Part shown: one piece after another, positions 24,971-36,500 of the stretch
Numbering within the stretch: the stretch's first letter is position 1
Layout: every line of letters begins with the position of its first letter
Origin: Hyalangium minutum
GTDB taxonomy: Bacteria; Myxococcota; Myxococcia; Myxococcales; Myxococcaceae
Reading direction: 5' to 3'
Assembly: GCF_000737315.1 (NCBI RefSeq)
Contig: NZ_JMCB01000007.1
Coordinates: 248,001 to 312,000 of the forward strand
Length of the DNA stretch: 64,000 nt
Program-made: the position numbers and the translations under genes
The notes under the pieces: generated by a model
The model's database searches: none
Told to the model about the DNA's origin: nothing
What the model saw: only the letters and a program-made list of their open reading frames with translations

Positions 24971-27295
24971 GTGAATCCGCACGAAGCCGCCCTGCTCGAA
25001 GACCTGAACCCGCCTCAGAAGGAGGCCGTCCTCCATGGGGACGGTCCGCTGCTCGTCCTGTCGGGGGCCGGCAGTGGCAAGACGCGCGTCATTACTCGCC
25101 GCGTCGCCCACCTGGTGACGGTCCGCCGCGTGTTCCCCTGGCGCATCCTCGCCGTCACCTTCACCAACAAGGCCGCCCGCGAGATGCGCGAGCGTCTGAC
25201 ACAGCTGCTCGGCGCTCAGGCCCATGAGCTCGTGGTCAGCACGTTCCACTCGTCCGCCGCCATGATTCTCCGCCGCGAGGCCGAGGCCGTGGGCCTGACT
25301 CGCAGCTTCGTCATCTATGACGATGGGGATCAGCTCGGGCTCGTGAAGCGCGCCATGCGCGATGCCCGCGTGGAGCCGCTGCTGCAGCCGCGCGAGATTC
25401 TCCACCGCATCGATCAGGAGAAGAACGCCGCCCGCCTGCCCGAGGACATGCAGGTGGACATCGACGACATACGCGGCATGGTGGTGAAGAAGACGTATCA
25501 GGCCTATCAGCGCCTGCTGCGCGCCGCCAACGCCGTGGACTTTGGCGATCTGCTCCTGCTGCTGGTGACCCTGTTCCGCAAGCGGCCGGATGTGCTGGCC
25601 AAGTACCGGCAGCGCTTCTCTCATGTGCTCGTGGACGAGTTCCAAGACACCAACCCTGTCCAGTATGAGCTGCTGCGCCTGCTAGCGCCTCCGCCGGGCG
25701 CCAACCTCGTGGTGGTGGGCGATGATGACCAGTCCATCTACCGGTGGCGCGGCGCCAGCGTGGACAACATCCTCGGCTTCCCTCAGCAGTACCCGGGGGC
25801 CCGGGTCGTCAAGCTGGAGCAGAACTACCGCTCGGACAAGAACATCCTCGAGGCCGCGCACGCCGTCATCTCTCACAACCGGCGGCGCATGCCCAAGAAG
25901 CTCTGGAGCGAGCGGCCCCCGGGCGCGAACCTCGATCTGCTCATCAACCGCGATGAGCGCGCCGAGGCCCAGGAGGTCGCCCGGCGCGTTCTGGCGCTCC
26001 AGCGCGAGGGCTTCATCAAGTACTCCAGCATGGCCGTCTTCTACAGGGCCAACGCGCAGAGCCGCGTGCTCGAAGAGGCCATGCGCCTGGCCCGTGTGCC
26101 GTACACCCTGGTCAGTGGCCGCAGCTTCTATGACCGCGCCGAGGTTCGCGATGCCGCCGCGTATCTGCGCCTCATGGTCAACCCGCGCTCGGATGCGGAC
26201 CTGCTGCGCGTCATCAACACCCCGGCCCGTGGCATCGGCGACACCACCGTGGAGCGGCTCTCCGACTACGCCGATGCTCAGGGCATCAGCCTGTATGAGG
26301 CCATCGAGCGGCCGGAGAAGATTCCCGCGCTCAATGCGGCGGCCGCGCGGCGGCTGGGTGGGTTTCATGTGCTGGTGTCTTCCCTGAACGCGTTTGCCCA
26401 GAAGGCCCAGGATGCCGCGGGCGCCGTGGACGAGATGTTGAAGGAGACCAAGCTCGTCGAGTCCCTCATGGCCGAGGGCAGCGATGAGTCCATCACTCGC
26501 GCGGAGAACCTTCGCGAGTTCTTGGGCGCGGCGCAGGAGTTCGACCTGAACCGTGCGGCTGCTGCCGTGGCTGCCGCAGCGGCTCAGCCCGCAGAGGGCG
26601 CCGAGCCTCCGCCTCCCGAACTGGATGCGGCTCCGCTTACCGCGGATGTGCCTCCGCTTCAGGCGTTCCTGGAGCAGATCAGTCTGGTCGGTGAGGCGGA
26701 TGCGGAGGTGGGGGAGGGCCGGGTGGCGCTCATGACGCTGCATGCCGCCAAGGGCCTGGAGTTCGATGCTGTGTTCCTCACCGGCATGGAGGACGGGGTC
26801 TTCCCGCACTCGCGCTCGCTGGCCGTCGAGGATCCCGAGGACAGTGAGGAGATGGCCGAGGAGCGGCGCCTCTGCTACGTGGGCTTTACCCGTGCTCGAA
26901 AGCGGCTGTTCATCAGTTTCGCGCAGTGCCGCTCTCTCTTCGGTGAGCTTCGCTACAACCCGCCCTCTCGCTTCCTGCGGGACGTGCCGCAAGGACTCTT
27001 CGGCATCGAGCAGGAGGTTCAGGAAGCCCCGCGTCCCATGCCCTCGGCTGTGGCTCCGCGCCGCCGCTCGTATGACGAGGACGATGGGCCGCGCGTGGAT
27101 CGCTCCTACTCGCAGGCCGCCGATGGCGAGGGGATGGGCGGGGACGTGCGGGGCATGCGCGTGCGCCACGAGCAGTTCGGTGTGGGCCGCATCATCTCCG
27201 CCGACGGCTCGGGCCCCAATGCGAAGGTGACGGTCGAGTTCGGCGGTGGCGTGGGCCTCAAGCGTGTCATCGCCCGGTTCCTCATGCCGGGCTGA
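24971..27295 (+). CDS. uvrD: ATP-dependent DNA helicase UvrD/PcrA
   Basis: GAGSGKT, TFTNKAA, VDEFQDTN, VVGDDDQSIYRWRGA, LEQNYRS, TLHAAKGLEF, EERRLCYVGFTRA, C-terminal Tudor-like VRHEQFG.G. Confidence 0.95.
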   Translation: MNPHEAALLEDLNPPQKEAVLHGDGPLLVLSGAGSGKTRVITRRVAHLVTVRRVFPWRILAVTFTNKAAREMRERLTQLLGAQAHELVVSTFHSSAAMILRREAEAVGLTRSFVIYDDGDQLGLVKRAMRDARVEPLLQPREILHRIDQEKNAARLPEDMQVDIDDIRGMVVKKTYQAYQRLLRAANAVDFGDLLLLLVTLFRKRPDVLAKYRQRFSHVLVDEFQDTNPVQYELLRLLAPPPGANLVVVGDDDQSIYRWRGASVDNILGFPQQYPGARVVKLEQNYRSDKNILEAAHAVISHNRRRMPKKLWSERPPGANLDLLINRDERAEAQEVARRVLALQREGFIKYSSMAVFYRANAQSRVLEEAMRLARVPYTLVSGRSFYDRAEVRDAAAYLRLMVNPRSDADLLRVINTPARGIGDTTVERLSDYADAQGISLYEAIERPEKIPALNAAAARRLGGFHVLVSSLNAFAQKAQDAAGAVDEMLKETKLVESLMAEGSDESITRAENLREFLGAAQEFDLNRAAAAVAAAAAQPAEGAEPPPPELDAAPLTADVPPLQAFLEQISLVGEADAEVGEGRVALMTLHAAKGLEFDAVFLTGMEDGVFPHSRSLAVEDPEDSEEMAEERRLCYVGFTRARKRLFISFAQCRSLFGELRYNPPSRFLRDVPQGLFGIEQEVQEAPRPMPSAVAPRRRSYDEDDGPRVDRSYSQAADGEGMGGDVRGMRVRHEQFGVGRIISADGSGPNAKVTVEFGGGVGLKRVIARFLMPG

Positions 27296-27370
27296 GAGGA
27301 CCTCCAAGAACCCGGTGGCAGCCCGGCGGCAGAAGGTGCCGGGGCACTGCCGGGGCGATAGAGTGCGCGC

Positions 27371-28510
27371 ATGCGATTCACCCACATCGGCTTGGAGAAT
27401 TGGCGCAACTTCCTTGAGGTCGCTGTACCTCTTGAGGGCCGCGTCTTTCTTGTGGGGCCGAATGCAGCTGGGAAGTCCAATTTCCTCGACGCCATCCGCT
27501 TCTTGCGCGATGTCGCGGATGTCCAGGGTGGTTTTCAGCGTGCTGTCTCCTCTCGCCGAGGCGTGTCCCAGATCCGCTCCCTGCACGCACGCCGGTACCC
27601 GAATGTCGCGGTGGAGGTGATGGTCGATCTCTCCGACGGCAAGCCGTGGGGATACCGGCTGGAGTTCACTCAGGACAACCAACGCAGGCCTGTGGTCAAG
27701 CGGGAGATCGTCACACACGGTGATGACACACTGCTGTCCCGGCCCAACAGCGAGGACAAGCGCGACCCTGAGCTCTTGACCCAAACGCACTTGGAGCAAG
27801 TCAATACGAACCGGCGGTTTCGCGAGCTGGCGGATTTCTTCGCCAAAGTGCGGTATCTGCACCTTGTTCCTCAACTGGTGCGTGAGCCCGATCGCTCAGC
27901 TGGGCGGGTGAATGATGCATTTGGTGGAGATTTCTTGGAGCAGCTTGCGAGAGCGCCCTCCAAGACACTCAAGTCACGATTGAAGCGAATCACTCATGCG
28001 CTTCGGGTAGCAGTTCCCCAACTTCAAGAGCTGGATTTGAAGAGGGACGAGCGAGGGGTTCCGCACTTGTTGGGGCGGTATAAGCACTGGCGTCCCAATG
28101 CAGGGTGGCAGAACGAGACACAGCTCTCCGATGGGACGCTGCGGCTCCTCGGGTTGCTGTGGGTCTTTCTCGACGGCACAGCCCCCCTGCTGTTGGAGGA
28201 ACCGGAGCTGTCTCTTCACACCGCAGTTGTCCGCCATATCCCGCAGATACTCGCTCGCTTGAGCCGGAAGAGTGACCGGCAGGTGCTCGTGAGCACCCAT
28301 AGCGCCGATATGTTGTCGGATCCGGGGATCGGTGCAGAGGAGGTTCTGGTACTAGAGCCTCTCAAAGAAGGGACGCGGATCGAAGTGGCCAAGGATGTCG
28401 AGCAGATCCGTTCCCTTCTTGAAGGAGGAATGTCCATGGCCGAGGCAGTCATCCCAAGGACAGCACCCGTGGGAGCAGAGCAACTTCCACTCTTTGGGGA
28501 TGCGCTGTGA
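27371..28510 (+). CDS. ABC/AAA_21-type ATPase (OLD/AriA-like)
   Basis: LENWRNF, GPNAAGKSN, LSDGTLR signature, LLLEEPELSLH, VSTHS. Confidence 0.85.
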   Translation: MRFTHIGLENWRNFLEVAVPLEGRVFLVGPNAAGKSNFLDAIRFLRDVADVQGGFQRAVSSRRGVSQIRSLHARRYPNVAVEVMVDLSDGKPWGYRLEFTQDNQRRPVVKREIVTHGDDTLLSRPNSEDKRDPELLTQTHLEQVNTNRRFRELADFFAKVRYLHLVPQLVREPDRSAGRVNDAFGGDFLEQLARAPSKTLKSRLKRITHALRVAVPQLQELDLKRDERGVPHLLGRYKHWRPNAGWQNETQLSDGTLRLLGLLWVFLDGTAPLLLEEPELSLHTAVVRHIPQILARLSRKSDRQVLVSTHSADMLSDPGIGAEEVLVLEPLKEGTRIEVAKDVEQIRSLLEGGMSMAEAVIPRTAPVGAEQLPLFGDAL

Positions 28511-29094
28511 TACCCGTGTCCATTGCAGTGGAAGGGCCTACGGACACAGCGGTCGCTCGAAGGCTGATTCGCCATGTGGGCCTTTCCGAAGGTCCCATTT
28601 ATCCAGCGGGCGGTAAGTCCAAACTCGACCAGAAGCTGCAGGCCTACAACAACGCCGCGCGCAGCGCTCCCTGGTTTGTGCTCAGGGACATGGACCAGGA
28701 CGCGCCGTGTGCCCCTACGCTTGTGGGACGTTTGTTGAAGGCACCCGCACGCCTTATGCGGTTCCGGATTGCGGTTCATCAGGGGGAGGGGTGGCTGCTC
28801 GCGGATGCGGAGCGGATGGCTGCCTTCCTTCATGTTCAAGTGTCGACTGTCCCCACTTCTCCCGACACTCTCGTCAATGCCAAGCAGGCGTTGATCAATC
28901 TGGCTCGTGGTTCACGGTCACGGGAGGTTCGTGTCGGCATCGTTCCTGCGGAAGGGTCCACGGCTTCTGTGGGGCGTGAGTACACGTCCATGATCGCAGA
29001 GTTCGCACGCGACCAATGGCGCCCAGGTGTCGCTGCCAAGCGCAGCGAGAGCCTCGCTCGCTGTATTCGTGCTCTTCAGTCCTTACCCTCCTGA
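28507..29094 (+). CDS. DUF4276/TOPRIM-like partner protein
   Basis: AVEGPTD, VLRDMDQD, GEGWLLAD, SESL.R..; overlaps ATPase stop. Confidence 0.7.
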   Translation: MIPVSIAVEGPTDTAVARRLIRHVGLSEGPIYPAGGKSKLDQKLQAYNNAARSAPWFVLRDMDQDAPCAPTLVGRLLKAPARLMRFRIAVHQGEGWLLADAERMAAFLHVQVSTVPTSPDTLVNAKQALINLARGSRSREVRVGIVPAEGSTASVGREYTSMIAEFARDQWRPGVAAKRSESLARCIRALQSLPS

Positions 29095-29111
29095 GGAGAG
29101 AAGGTGTTCGC

Positions 29112-29921
29112 GTGTCCATACCGTCGCCATTCGAAGAGCTGCTCGCGGTCGCCAAGGGGCCCGCGGGCGAGGCCGTCCTGGTCGTCACCGGCGCAGGCGT
29201 CAGTCTGGCCAGTGGCATTCCCACTTTTCGCGGGACGGACCCCGGCGCCGTCTGGGCCAATGACGTCACCCAGAAGGGCACCCGCGCTTACTACCGCCAA
29301 TCGCCCCATCAGTCCTGGCTCTGGTACCTCAAGCGCTTCGAGTCCCTGAAAGGCGCCCAGCCGAACGATGCTCACCGCGCCCTGGCGCAGTGGCAGCAGC
29401 GGCAGCAAGCCCTCGGCCGGGAGTTCCTCCTCGTCACCCAGAACATCGACACCCTCCACGAGCAGGCCGGGAGCCGCGATTTCGTGAAGGTGCATGGGAG
29501 CTCGGATCTCGCGCGCTGCACTCAGCTGACCTGCACCCACGGCCCGCCGTACGGCACGCTTCCGATGGCGGAGGTGGACTTCACCGCGCTGTACGCGAAT
29601 CCCAGCCGCGAGACCGTGCCGCGTTGCCCCGTGTGCCAGAGCAAACTGCGCCCCCACGTGCTCTGGTTCGATGAGTACTACTCGGAGCATGGCTCGTATC
29701 AGTTCGACCGCGTCATCCGGCAGGCGCGAAAGAGCCGGCTGGTCGTCTTCATCGGGACGTCCTTCTCCGTGGGTATCACGGCCATCGTGACCGAGGAGGC
29801 CCGGATACACGGCGCTCATGTGTTCAGCATCGACCCCGCTGGGACATCTCCCTCTCATGACATCCAGGTCGTGGCGGAGGGGGCAGAGGTGGCGCTCCCG
29901 CGGCTCGTGGCGTCGCTCTAA
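29112..29921 (+). CDS. Sir2 family NAD-dependent deacylase
   Basis: TGAGVSLASGIPTFRG, TQNIDTLHEQAGS, VHGS, C..C zinc pair, RPHVLWFDE, IGTS. Confidence 0.9.
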   Translation: MSIPSPFEELLAVAKGPAGEAVLVVTGAGVSLASGIPTFRGTDPGAVWANDVTQKGTRAYYRQSPHQSWLWYLKRFESLKGAQPNDAHRALAQWQQRQQALGREFLLVTQNIDTLHEQAGSRDFVKVHGSSDLARCTQLTCTHGPPYGTLPMAEVDFTALYANPSRETVPRCPVCQSKLRPHVLWFDEYYSEHGSYQFDRVIRQARKSRLVVFIGTSFSVGITAIVTEEARIHGAHVFSIDPAGTSPSHDIQVVAEGAEVALPRLVASL

Positions 29922-29933
29922 GCAGTGCCGAGT

Positions 29934-31010
29934 TCACGGCTCGGGCGGACGGAGGCTCCAGGAGAGCACCCGCCCGTCCAGCCCCAGCACGAAGAGCTGA
30001 TCCCCGAGCACCACCGGCTGCGTCCTCATCGGTGTGTCCGTCCGCAGGGTGAGCACTGGGGCTCCTCCCTGGCGCTTCAGCGTGAGCACGAGCCCCTCGC
30101 GTCCGCTCGTGGGTACCACGAGTTCCTCCCCGTGCACGGCGAGCTGCGTCACGAGCGGAGAGGGGAGGGGAATGCTCGACAGCCGCTTCCCATTCGAGGG
30201 GGACACCGCCAGCAATTGTGGAGGCTCGGTCGCTCCGACCCAGAGCACCCCTTGCACGAATGTCGGTGGGCTCGTGAGCACCGGGGCCGGGGACTGCTCC
30301 CAACGCAGTGCGCCGTCCGTCATCCCTACCGCCGCCGTCTTCCCTGTCCGCGTCGACACGTACAGCGTGTCGCCCTCCCGCGTCATTCCCAGCACGGGCC
30401 CCATCAGTCGGCGCCAGCGGACCTCTCCGTTCTCCACCGAGAGGCCCACCAGCCCCGCCTCTCCCAGCGACACCGCCAGCACCCCTCCCGCTAACTCGGG
30501 CGCCGGGAGCCTCTGGCCGGGTTCCAGATGCGTTTCCTCCGGCTTGGGCGCGGGGCGCCTCCACTTCACCTGCCCCGTATCCATCGCATGGGCTCGCACC
30601 GCTCCGTCCGGCCCCAGCACGTAGACGGACGCCTCATCCGCGACCAGCCCCGTCATCACCGGCGGCTCTCCCGTGAGGCGCCAGCGCTCCGTCCCGTCCG
30701 CCAGCCCCAGCCGCACCAACTCCCCTCCCACCGTCCCCGCAAGCACGCTGTCCCCCACCACCGCCGGCCGCCCCGCCACCTCCTGCCCCAGCTTCACCCG
30801 CCACACCGGTTCGCCCTTCCGATTCAGCCGCACCAGCGCGCCTGCCTCGTTGCTCACCAGCACGCCGTCCTCCAGCCCCACCAGCCCCGCTCGCGAGGAC
30901 GCGTCCGTCGAGAACTCGAAGACCCGCTCCGGGCCTCGCTTGCACCCCATCCCTCCTGTCACAAGGAGTACGAGCAATAGGTGGCTACATGGACAGGCGC
31001 GCCTCAGCAT
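29934..31010 (-). CDS. PQQ-like beta-propeller lipoprotein (BamB-like)
   Basis: GxxRW repeats (GEPVWR, GTERWR, GQVKWR, GEVRWR, GALRWE); lipobox GMGC. Confidence 0.8.
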   Translation of the reverse strand: MLRRACPCSHLLLVLLVTGGMGCKRGPERVFEFSTDASSRAGLVGLEDGVLVSNEAGALVRLNRKGEPVWRVKLGQEVAGRPAVVGDSVLAGTVGGELVRLGLADGTERWRLTGEPPVMTGLVADEASVYVLGPDGAVRAHAMDTGQVKWRRPAPKPEETHLEPGQRLPAPELAGGVLAVSLGEAGLVGLSVENGEVRWRRLMGPVLGMTREGDTLYVSTRTGKTAAVGMTDGALRWEQSPAPVLTSPPTFVQGVLWVGATEPPQLLAVSPSNGKRLSSIPLPSPLVTQLAVHGEELVVPTSGREGLVLTLKRQGGAPVLTLRTDTPMRTQPVVLGDQLFVLGLDGRVLSWSLRPPEP

Positions 31011-31068
31011 GGTTTGAGGGACGCATCTTCCGACCCGCACGAGGGTTGGCAAGCAAGGAACCTCGACC

Positions 31069-32229
31069 ATGGCCTCCATTCGCGACGACGAGCTCCCCAG
31101 CGCCACCGGAATCCCTTCCGCGGCTCGGCGCACCGACATCTCCCCACCTCCCGCCATCGAGGTCACCGAGGAGCTGCTGCACGCCCTCCCCAAGACGGAC
31201 CTGCACTGCCACCTCGATGGCTCCATGCGCCTGAAGACCATCCTCGAGCTCGCCGAGCAGCAGAAAGTCTCGCTGCCCGCCGATTCCGTGGACGGCCTGG
31301 CCCAGGCCATTCATATGGGCCAGGTGTGCAAGAGCCTCGAGGAGTACCTCGTGGCCTTCGACGTCACCCTCTCCGTGCTCCAGACGGCCGAGGCCCTCTA
31401 CCGCGCCGCCTATGAGCTCGCCGTGGACGCCGCCTCCGAGAACGTGCGCTACCTGGAGGTCCGCTACTCGCCCGCACTGCACCTGCAGAAGGGCCTGAAG
31501 ATGACCACCGTCATCGACTCGGTGCTCGAGGGGCTGCGCGCCGCCAAGCGCGAGACGGGCATCAAGTGCGGCGTCATCGTCTGCGGCATCCGCCACATCA
31601 ACCCCCAGACGTCCATGCGCCTGGCCGAGCTGAGCGTGGCCTACAAGAACCGCGGCGTCATCGGCTTTGACTTGGCCGGCGCCGAGGCCAGCTTCCCCGC
31701 CAAGGACCACAAGGAAGCCTTCCAGCTCATCCTCAAGAACAACGTCAACTGCACCGCCCACGCGGGTGAGGCCTTCGGCCCCGAGTCCATCGGGCAGGCC
31801 ATCCACTACCTCGGCGCCCACCGCATCGGCCACGGCACGCGCCTGCGCGAGGATGGAGACTTGCTCAACTACGTGAACGATCACCGCATCCCGCTGGAGG
31901 TGTGCCCCACCTCCAACGTGCAGACCGGCGCCGTGCCGAGCCTCGCCGCCCACCCGCTCAAGTTCTACTTCGACTACGGCCTCCGGGTGACCATCAACAC
32001 CGACAACCGGCTCATCACCGACACCACCGTCACCAAGGAGCTGTGGCTGGCGCACAAGGAGCTGGGGCTCGCGCTCGAGGACCTCACCACCGTCATCGTC
32101 TCCGGCTTCAAGAGCGCGTTCCTCCCGTTCCGCGAGAAGCAGGACATGCTGCGCGCCGTGAACCAGGAGATCGCCACCACGCTCGCCGCCTTCGAGAAGC
32201 GCCCCACCGCCGTCAAGAAGCCCGCCTGA
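31069..32229 (+). CDS. add: Adenosine deaminase
   Basis: LPKTDLHCHLDGS, GFDLAGAE, AHAGE, RIGHG, EVCPTSN, INTDN. Confidence 0.95.
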   Translation: MASIRDDELPSATGIPSAARRTDISPPPAIEVTEELLHALPKTDLHCHLDGSMRLKTILELAEQQKVSLPADSVDGLAQAIHMGQVCKSLEEYLVAFDVTLSVLQTAEALYRAAYELAVDAASENVRYLEVRYSPALHLQKGLKMTTVIDSVLEGLRAAKRETGIKCGVIVCGIRHINPQTSMRLAELSVAYKNRGVIGFDLAGAEASFPAKDHKEAFQLILKNNVNCTAHAGEAFGPESIGQAIHYLGAHRIGHGTRLREDGDLLNYVNDHRIPLEVCPTSNVQTGAVPSLAAHPLKFYFDYGLRVTINTDNRLITDTTVTKELWLAHKELGLALEDLTTVIVSGFKSAFLPFREKQDMLRAVNQEIATTLAAFEKRPTAVKKPA

Positions 32230-32268
32230 GCGCTCAGGCTGCCGCTGGGCCATCGGGCTCTATATAAG
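32141..32268 (+). repeat. Direct repeat, copy 1 (3' end of add plus 39 nt downstream)
   Basis: Matches 37781-37908; first 99 bp identical, 3 mismatches overall. Confidence 0.95.
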
Positions 32269-32269
32269 A

Positions 32270-32690
32270 GTCTATTTCGAGGTCGTGGAACCAAGTGACG
32301 ATGCCCAAGGCAGGTGGAGCAACGCTAGGTAAGCGTCGTCTCGCCTCTCCCATCGCACCAGCAAGGGGCGGAACCGGTGGAGGAATGAATGGGAGCGCTC
32401 GACCACCCAGCACTGCGTCTTCTTGCGCCGACTCCCCTTCGGCGGCCGCGCTGGTGGGCGGCGCCTCCTCACTTGCAATGTGAAGCCCAGGCGGGCTGCC
32501 CAAGTACGCACTTGCTGGCAGTCGTACCCTGCATTCAGGCACAGGTGCAGGCGCCGACAGCGGGTCGATCTGGGGCGCTTCATCGGCACCGAGTCAAAGG
32601 TGTGCTGCACCAGCTTGAGTCGTTCGTGCTGGCGCCAGCGACCACGAGGCTGAGGGGGAAGCCCCGCCCATCGGTCAGCAGGCTCCACTT
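32270..32690 (-). mobile_element. IS5-family transposase C-terminal remnant
   Basis: WVVERSHSFLHRFRPLLVRWERR..YLALLHL; degraded frame. Confidence 0.75.
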
Positions 32691-33514
32691 GGTGCCTCGC
32701 TTGGCTCTGTCGGTGGGATTGGGTCCAATTTTTCCCCTCCTAAGCTAGCGGGGCTTTGCCCTGAGCGCCGTCCATGCACAGCCACCTCCAGTTGATCTGA
32801 GGCATCCCCTCAATCTGAGGCATCCCCTCATATGAGGCCAAAGACTTCGCGGAAGACGGGCTGCTTGCAGACGTGCTGAGCGAAGCGCCGCACCTCCTAT
32901 AGGATTAAGCCCATGGGGTAGGCACCTTCATTCCCTACCTACCGAAGTAGGCTCTTACATAACTCCAAGTGCTTGGCGTTCCCATCTGCTGGGCGTGCCC
33001 GAACTATTCCGTCGCAGAGACTGCCAATAGATGTTGACGCGTCAGCCGAGAGCACTTGCGCGTCACTTGCGCGTCACTTGACGTAAGACTGCGGCCCGAG
33101 TTCTCGTTCTTGGCCTATGCCTAGGTCGCCCAAGGAGCACTGGCACCTCTAGGCCCGCTACTTGCACGGCTTGCCGACGCACACGCCGCAATGCAGAGCC
33201 CACTCCGCCTCGAGTACTTACCTCATGAATAGCCTCTGGACAGGCACAGGCTGGTTACAAGCAGTATTGTGGAGACACTAGCACGTGCCTGCTTGGCTGT
33301 TGTGAGCCCTCGCCTTACCAGCGATGTCAGTCGTCGCATGTTTGGAGGCAGCCACCGCCTCAGCGGAAGACCTCGCAACTCTTAACGCGCCGCTGGCACA
33401 GAATCCTTACACCCCCGCGGTCGCTGTTGTTATCCGTAGGAGCGTGCCTCTTCCCTGAGCCCTAAACGAGTCTTGAGGTGAGAGGAAAAACAACCAGCAT
33501 TCAAGGAAAGACTC

Positions 33515-36500
33515 GTGTCAGCTACCTCTAAGACTAGGCTAGAAGCGATTGCGAAATTTGTCATTACCTCAGCGTTGCTGTGGCTCGCGTGCGGCGAGGT
33601 GCCGCAGGGCGAGAACGGAGCGGTGCACCACGAGTGGCTCGTACCCAAGGAGCTCCAGGCCGCAAGCAATGAGCCGTGGAAAGCCACGGGCGCTCTGGCC
33701 AACGTACGATATGCCCACAATGCGACGGTGTTATCCAACGGCCAAGTGCTGGTCACTGGAGGCGTTGGCTCAAGCGACGTTCTCGCCAGTGCGGAGGTGT
33801 ACGATCCGGCCACGGGAACGTGGAACCCTACAGTCTCTCTGGCCACGGCGCGTTGGTTCCACACGACGACACTGCTGCCTAACGGCCAAGTGCTGGCCAC
33901 TGGAGGCAGTGGCTCAAGCGGCGCTCTCGCCAGTGCAGAGGTGTACGATCCGGCTACGGGGACCTGGAGTACCTCTGGCTCTCTAACTGTGGCACGCCGG
34001 TACCACACAGCGACGCTGTTGCCCAATGGCCAAGTGCTGGTCACCGGTGGTTTTGGCTCAGGCGGCTACCTCGCAAGTGTGGAGGTGTATGATCCGGCAA
34101 CGCAAGCCTGGAGTACCACTGGTGCTATGGCCAGTACACGCTATCTCCACACGGCGACGCTGTTGCCCAATGGCCAAGTGCTGGTCACCGGTGGTTTTGG
34201 CCCAACCGGAGCTCTCGCTAGCGCGGAGATGTACGATCCGGTCACAGGGGCCTGGAGTACCACTGGCGCTATGGCCAGAGCACGCTATCTCCACACGGCG
34301 ACACTGTTGCCCAATGGCCAAGTGCTGGTCACTGGGGGCCGTGATTCAAGCGGCGCTCTCGCCAGTGCAGAAGTGTACGATCCGGCCACGGGGATCTGGA
34401 GTACCTCTGGCTCTCTAACTGTGGCACGCCGGTACCACACAGCGACGCTGTTGCCCAATGGCCAAGTGTTGGTCACCGGTGGTTTTGGCTCAGGCGGCTA
34501 CCTCGCAAGTGTGGAGGTGTATGATCCGGCAACGCAAGCCTGGAGTACCACTGGCGCTATGGCCAGGGCACGCGAGTACCACACGGCAACGCCGTTGCCC
34601 TCCGGCCAAGTGCTGGTCACTGGTGGCAACGGCCCAGGCGGCCCGCGCGCTAGTACGGAGGTGTACGATCCGACCACGGGGACCTGGAGTACCACTGGCG
34701 CTATGGCCAGTACACGCAATTACCACACGGCAACGCTGTTGCCCAATGGCCAAGTGCTGGTCACCGGTGGTTTTGGCCCAACCGGAGCTCTCGCTAGCGC
34801 GGAGGTGTACGATCCGGTCACAGGGGCCTGGAGTACCACTGGCGCTATGACCGTAGCTCGCGAATACCACACAGCGACACTATTGCCTAACGGCAAAGTG
34901 CTGGTCACCGGCGGCTTTGGCTCAAGCGGCTACCTCGCAAGTGCAGAGGTGTACGATCCGGTCACGGGGACCTGGAGCACCACCAGCGCTATGGCCAGTA
35001 CACGCATGAGACATACGGCGACACTGTTGCCCAATGGCCAAGTGCTGGTCTCAGGCGGCGCTCTCGCAAGTGCAGAGGTGTACGATCCTGTCACGCGAGC
35101 CTGGAGTACCACTGGTGCTATGGCCAGGGCACGCGAGTACCACACGGCGACGCCGTTGCCCTCCGGCCAAGTGCTAGTCACTGGTGGCAACGGCCCAGAC
35201 GGCCCGCACGCTAGTGCAGAGGTGTACGATCCGACCACGGGGACCTGGAGTACCACTGGCGCTATGGCCAGGGCACGTGAAAATCACACGGCAACGCTGT
35301 TGTCCAATGGCCAAGTATTGGTCACCGGTGGCTTTGGCCTAACCGGCTCGCTCGCTAGCGCGGAGGAGTACAATCCGGTCACAGGGGCGTGGAGTACTAC
35401 TCGCCCGCTGGCCGTGGCACGCAGGGACCACACGGCGACGCTGTTGCCCAATGGCCAAGTGCTGGTCACCGGCGGCTTTGGTCTGGACGAGGAACTCGCC
35501 AGCGCAGAAGTGTATGACCAAGAAACAAAGGGGTGGAGCCGGACAGGCCCTCTAGCCATGGCACGCGAGTACCACACTGCGACGCTGTTGCCCAATGGCC
35601 AAGTGCTAGTCACCGGTGGTTTTGGCTGGGCCGGTCATCTCGCCAGCGCGGAGTTGTACTACGACCCCATCGCACCGGTTGCTCCGGTAGTGACCATCTC
35701 AGGCAACGGCTCGATGACCAATGACAACACTCCTACCTTCAGCGGCTTGGCGGAAGCGATTAGTACCGTCACCATCCTCGTGGATGACACTCCCCTGGGC
35801 GCCACTAAGGCGAATATGGCAGGCCACTGGACCTTCACTCCTACCGTGAAACTGGCCGATGGGGGGCACACTGTAAGGGCGCGGGCCACAGATGGAGGGG
35901 GCAACACGAGCGCCGACTCGACCACCAACACTTTTACGGTGGATGCCACTCCTCCACCTCCTCCAGTAATTGCCAAACCGGCCAATGGAGCGCGAACCAA
36001 TAACAACCAACTGGCTTATAGCGGGACGACGGAAGCGGACAGCACCGTCACTATCATTGTGGATGGAATTCCAGTGGGCACCACCACAGTTGATGCAGCG
36101 GGCAACTGGAGTTTCACTCTATCCATGCCGTTGGCCGATGGACCGCACACAGTAATGGCGCGGGCCGCAGATGCATTGGGCAACACGAGCGCCGACTCAA
36201 ACACCATCACTCTCACGGTGGACACCACGCCTCCGCTTGCTCCGGCGGTTGACACCCCAGTCAATGGATCGCAAACCAATAACAACCATATGACTTATGG
36301 CGGGACGGCTGAGGCGGGCATCTCCGTCACTGTCATAGTAGACGGGATTGAGGTGGGCGCCACGACGACCAACGCCTTTGGGGTGTGGCATGTCGCGCCC
36401 CCTGCGACCTTGGCGGGTGGCAGTCACACGGTAAGGGCGCGGGGTACAGATGGAGGGGGAAACACGAGTGCAGACTCAAATACTAATACCTTTACGGTGG

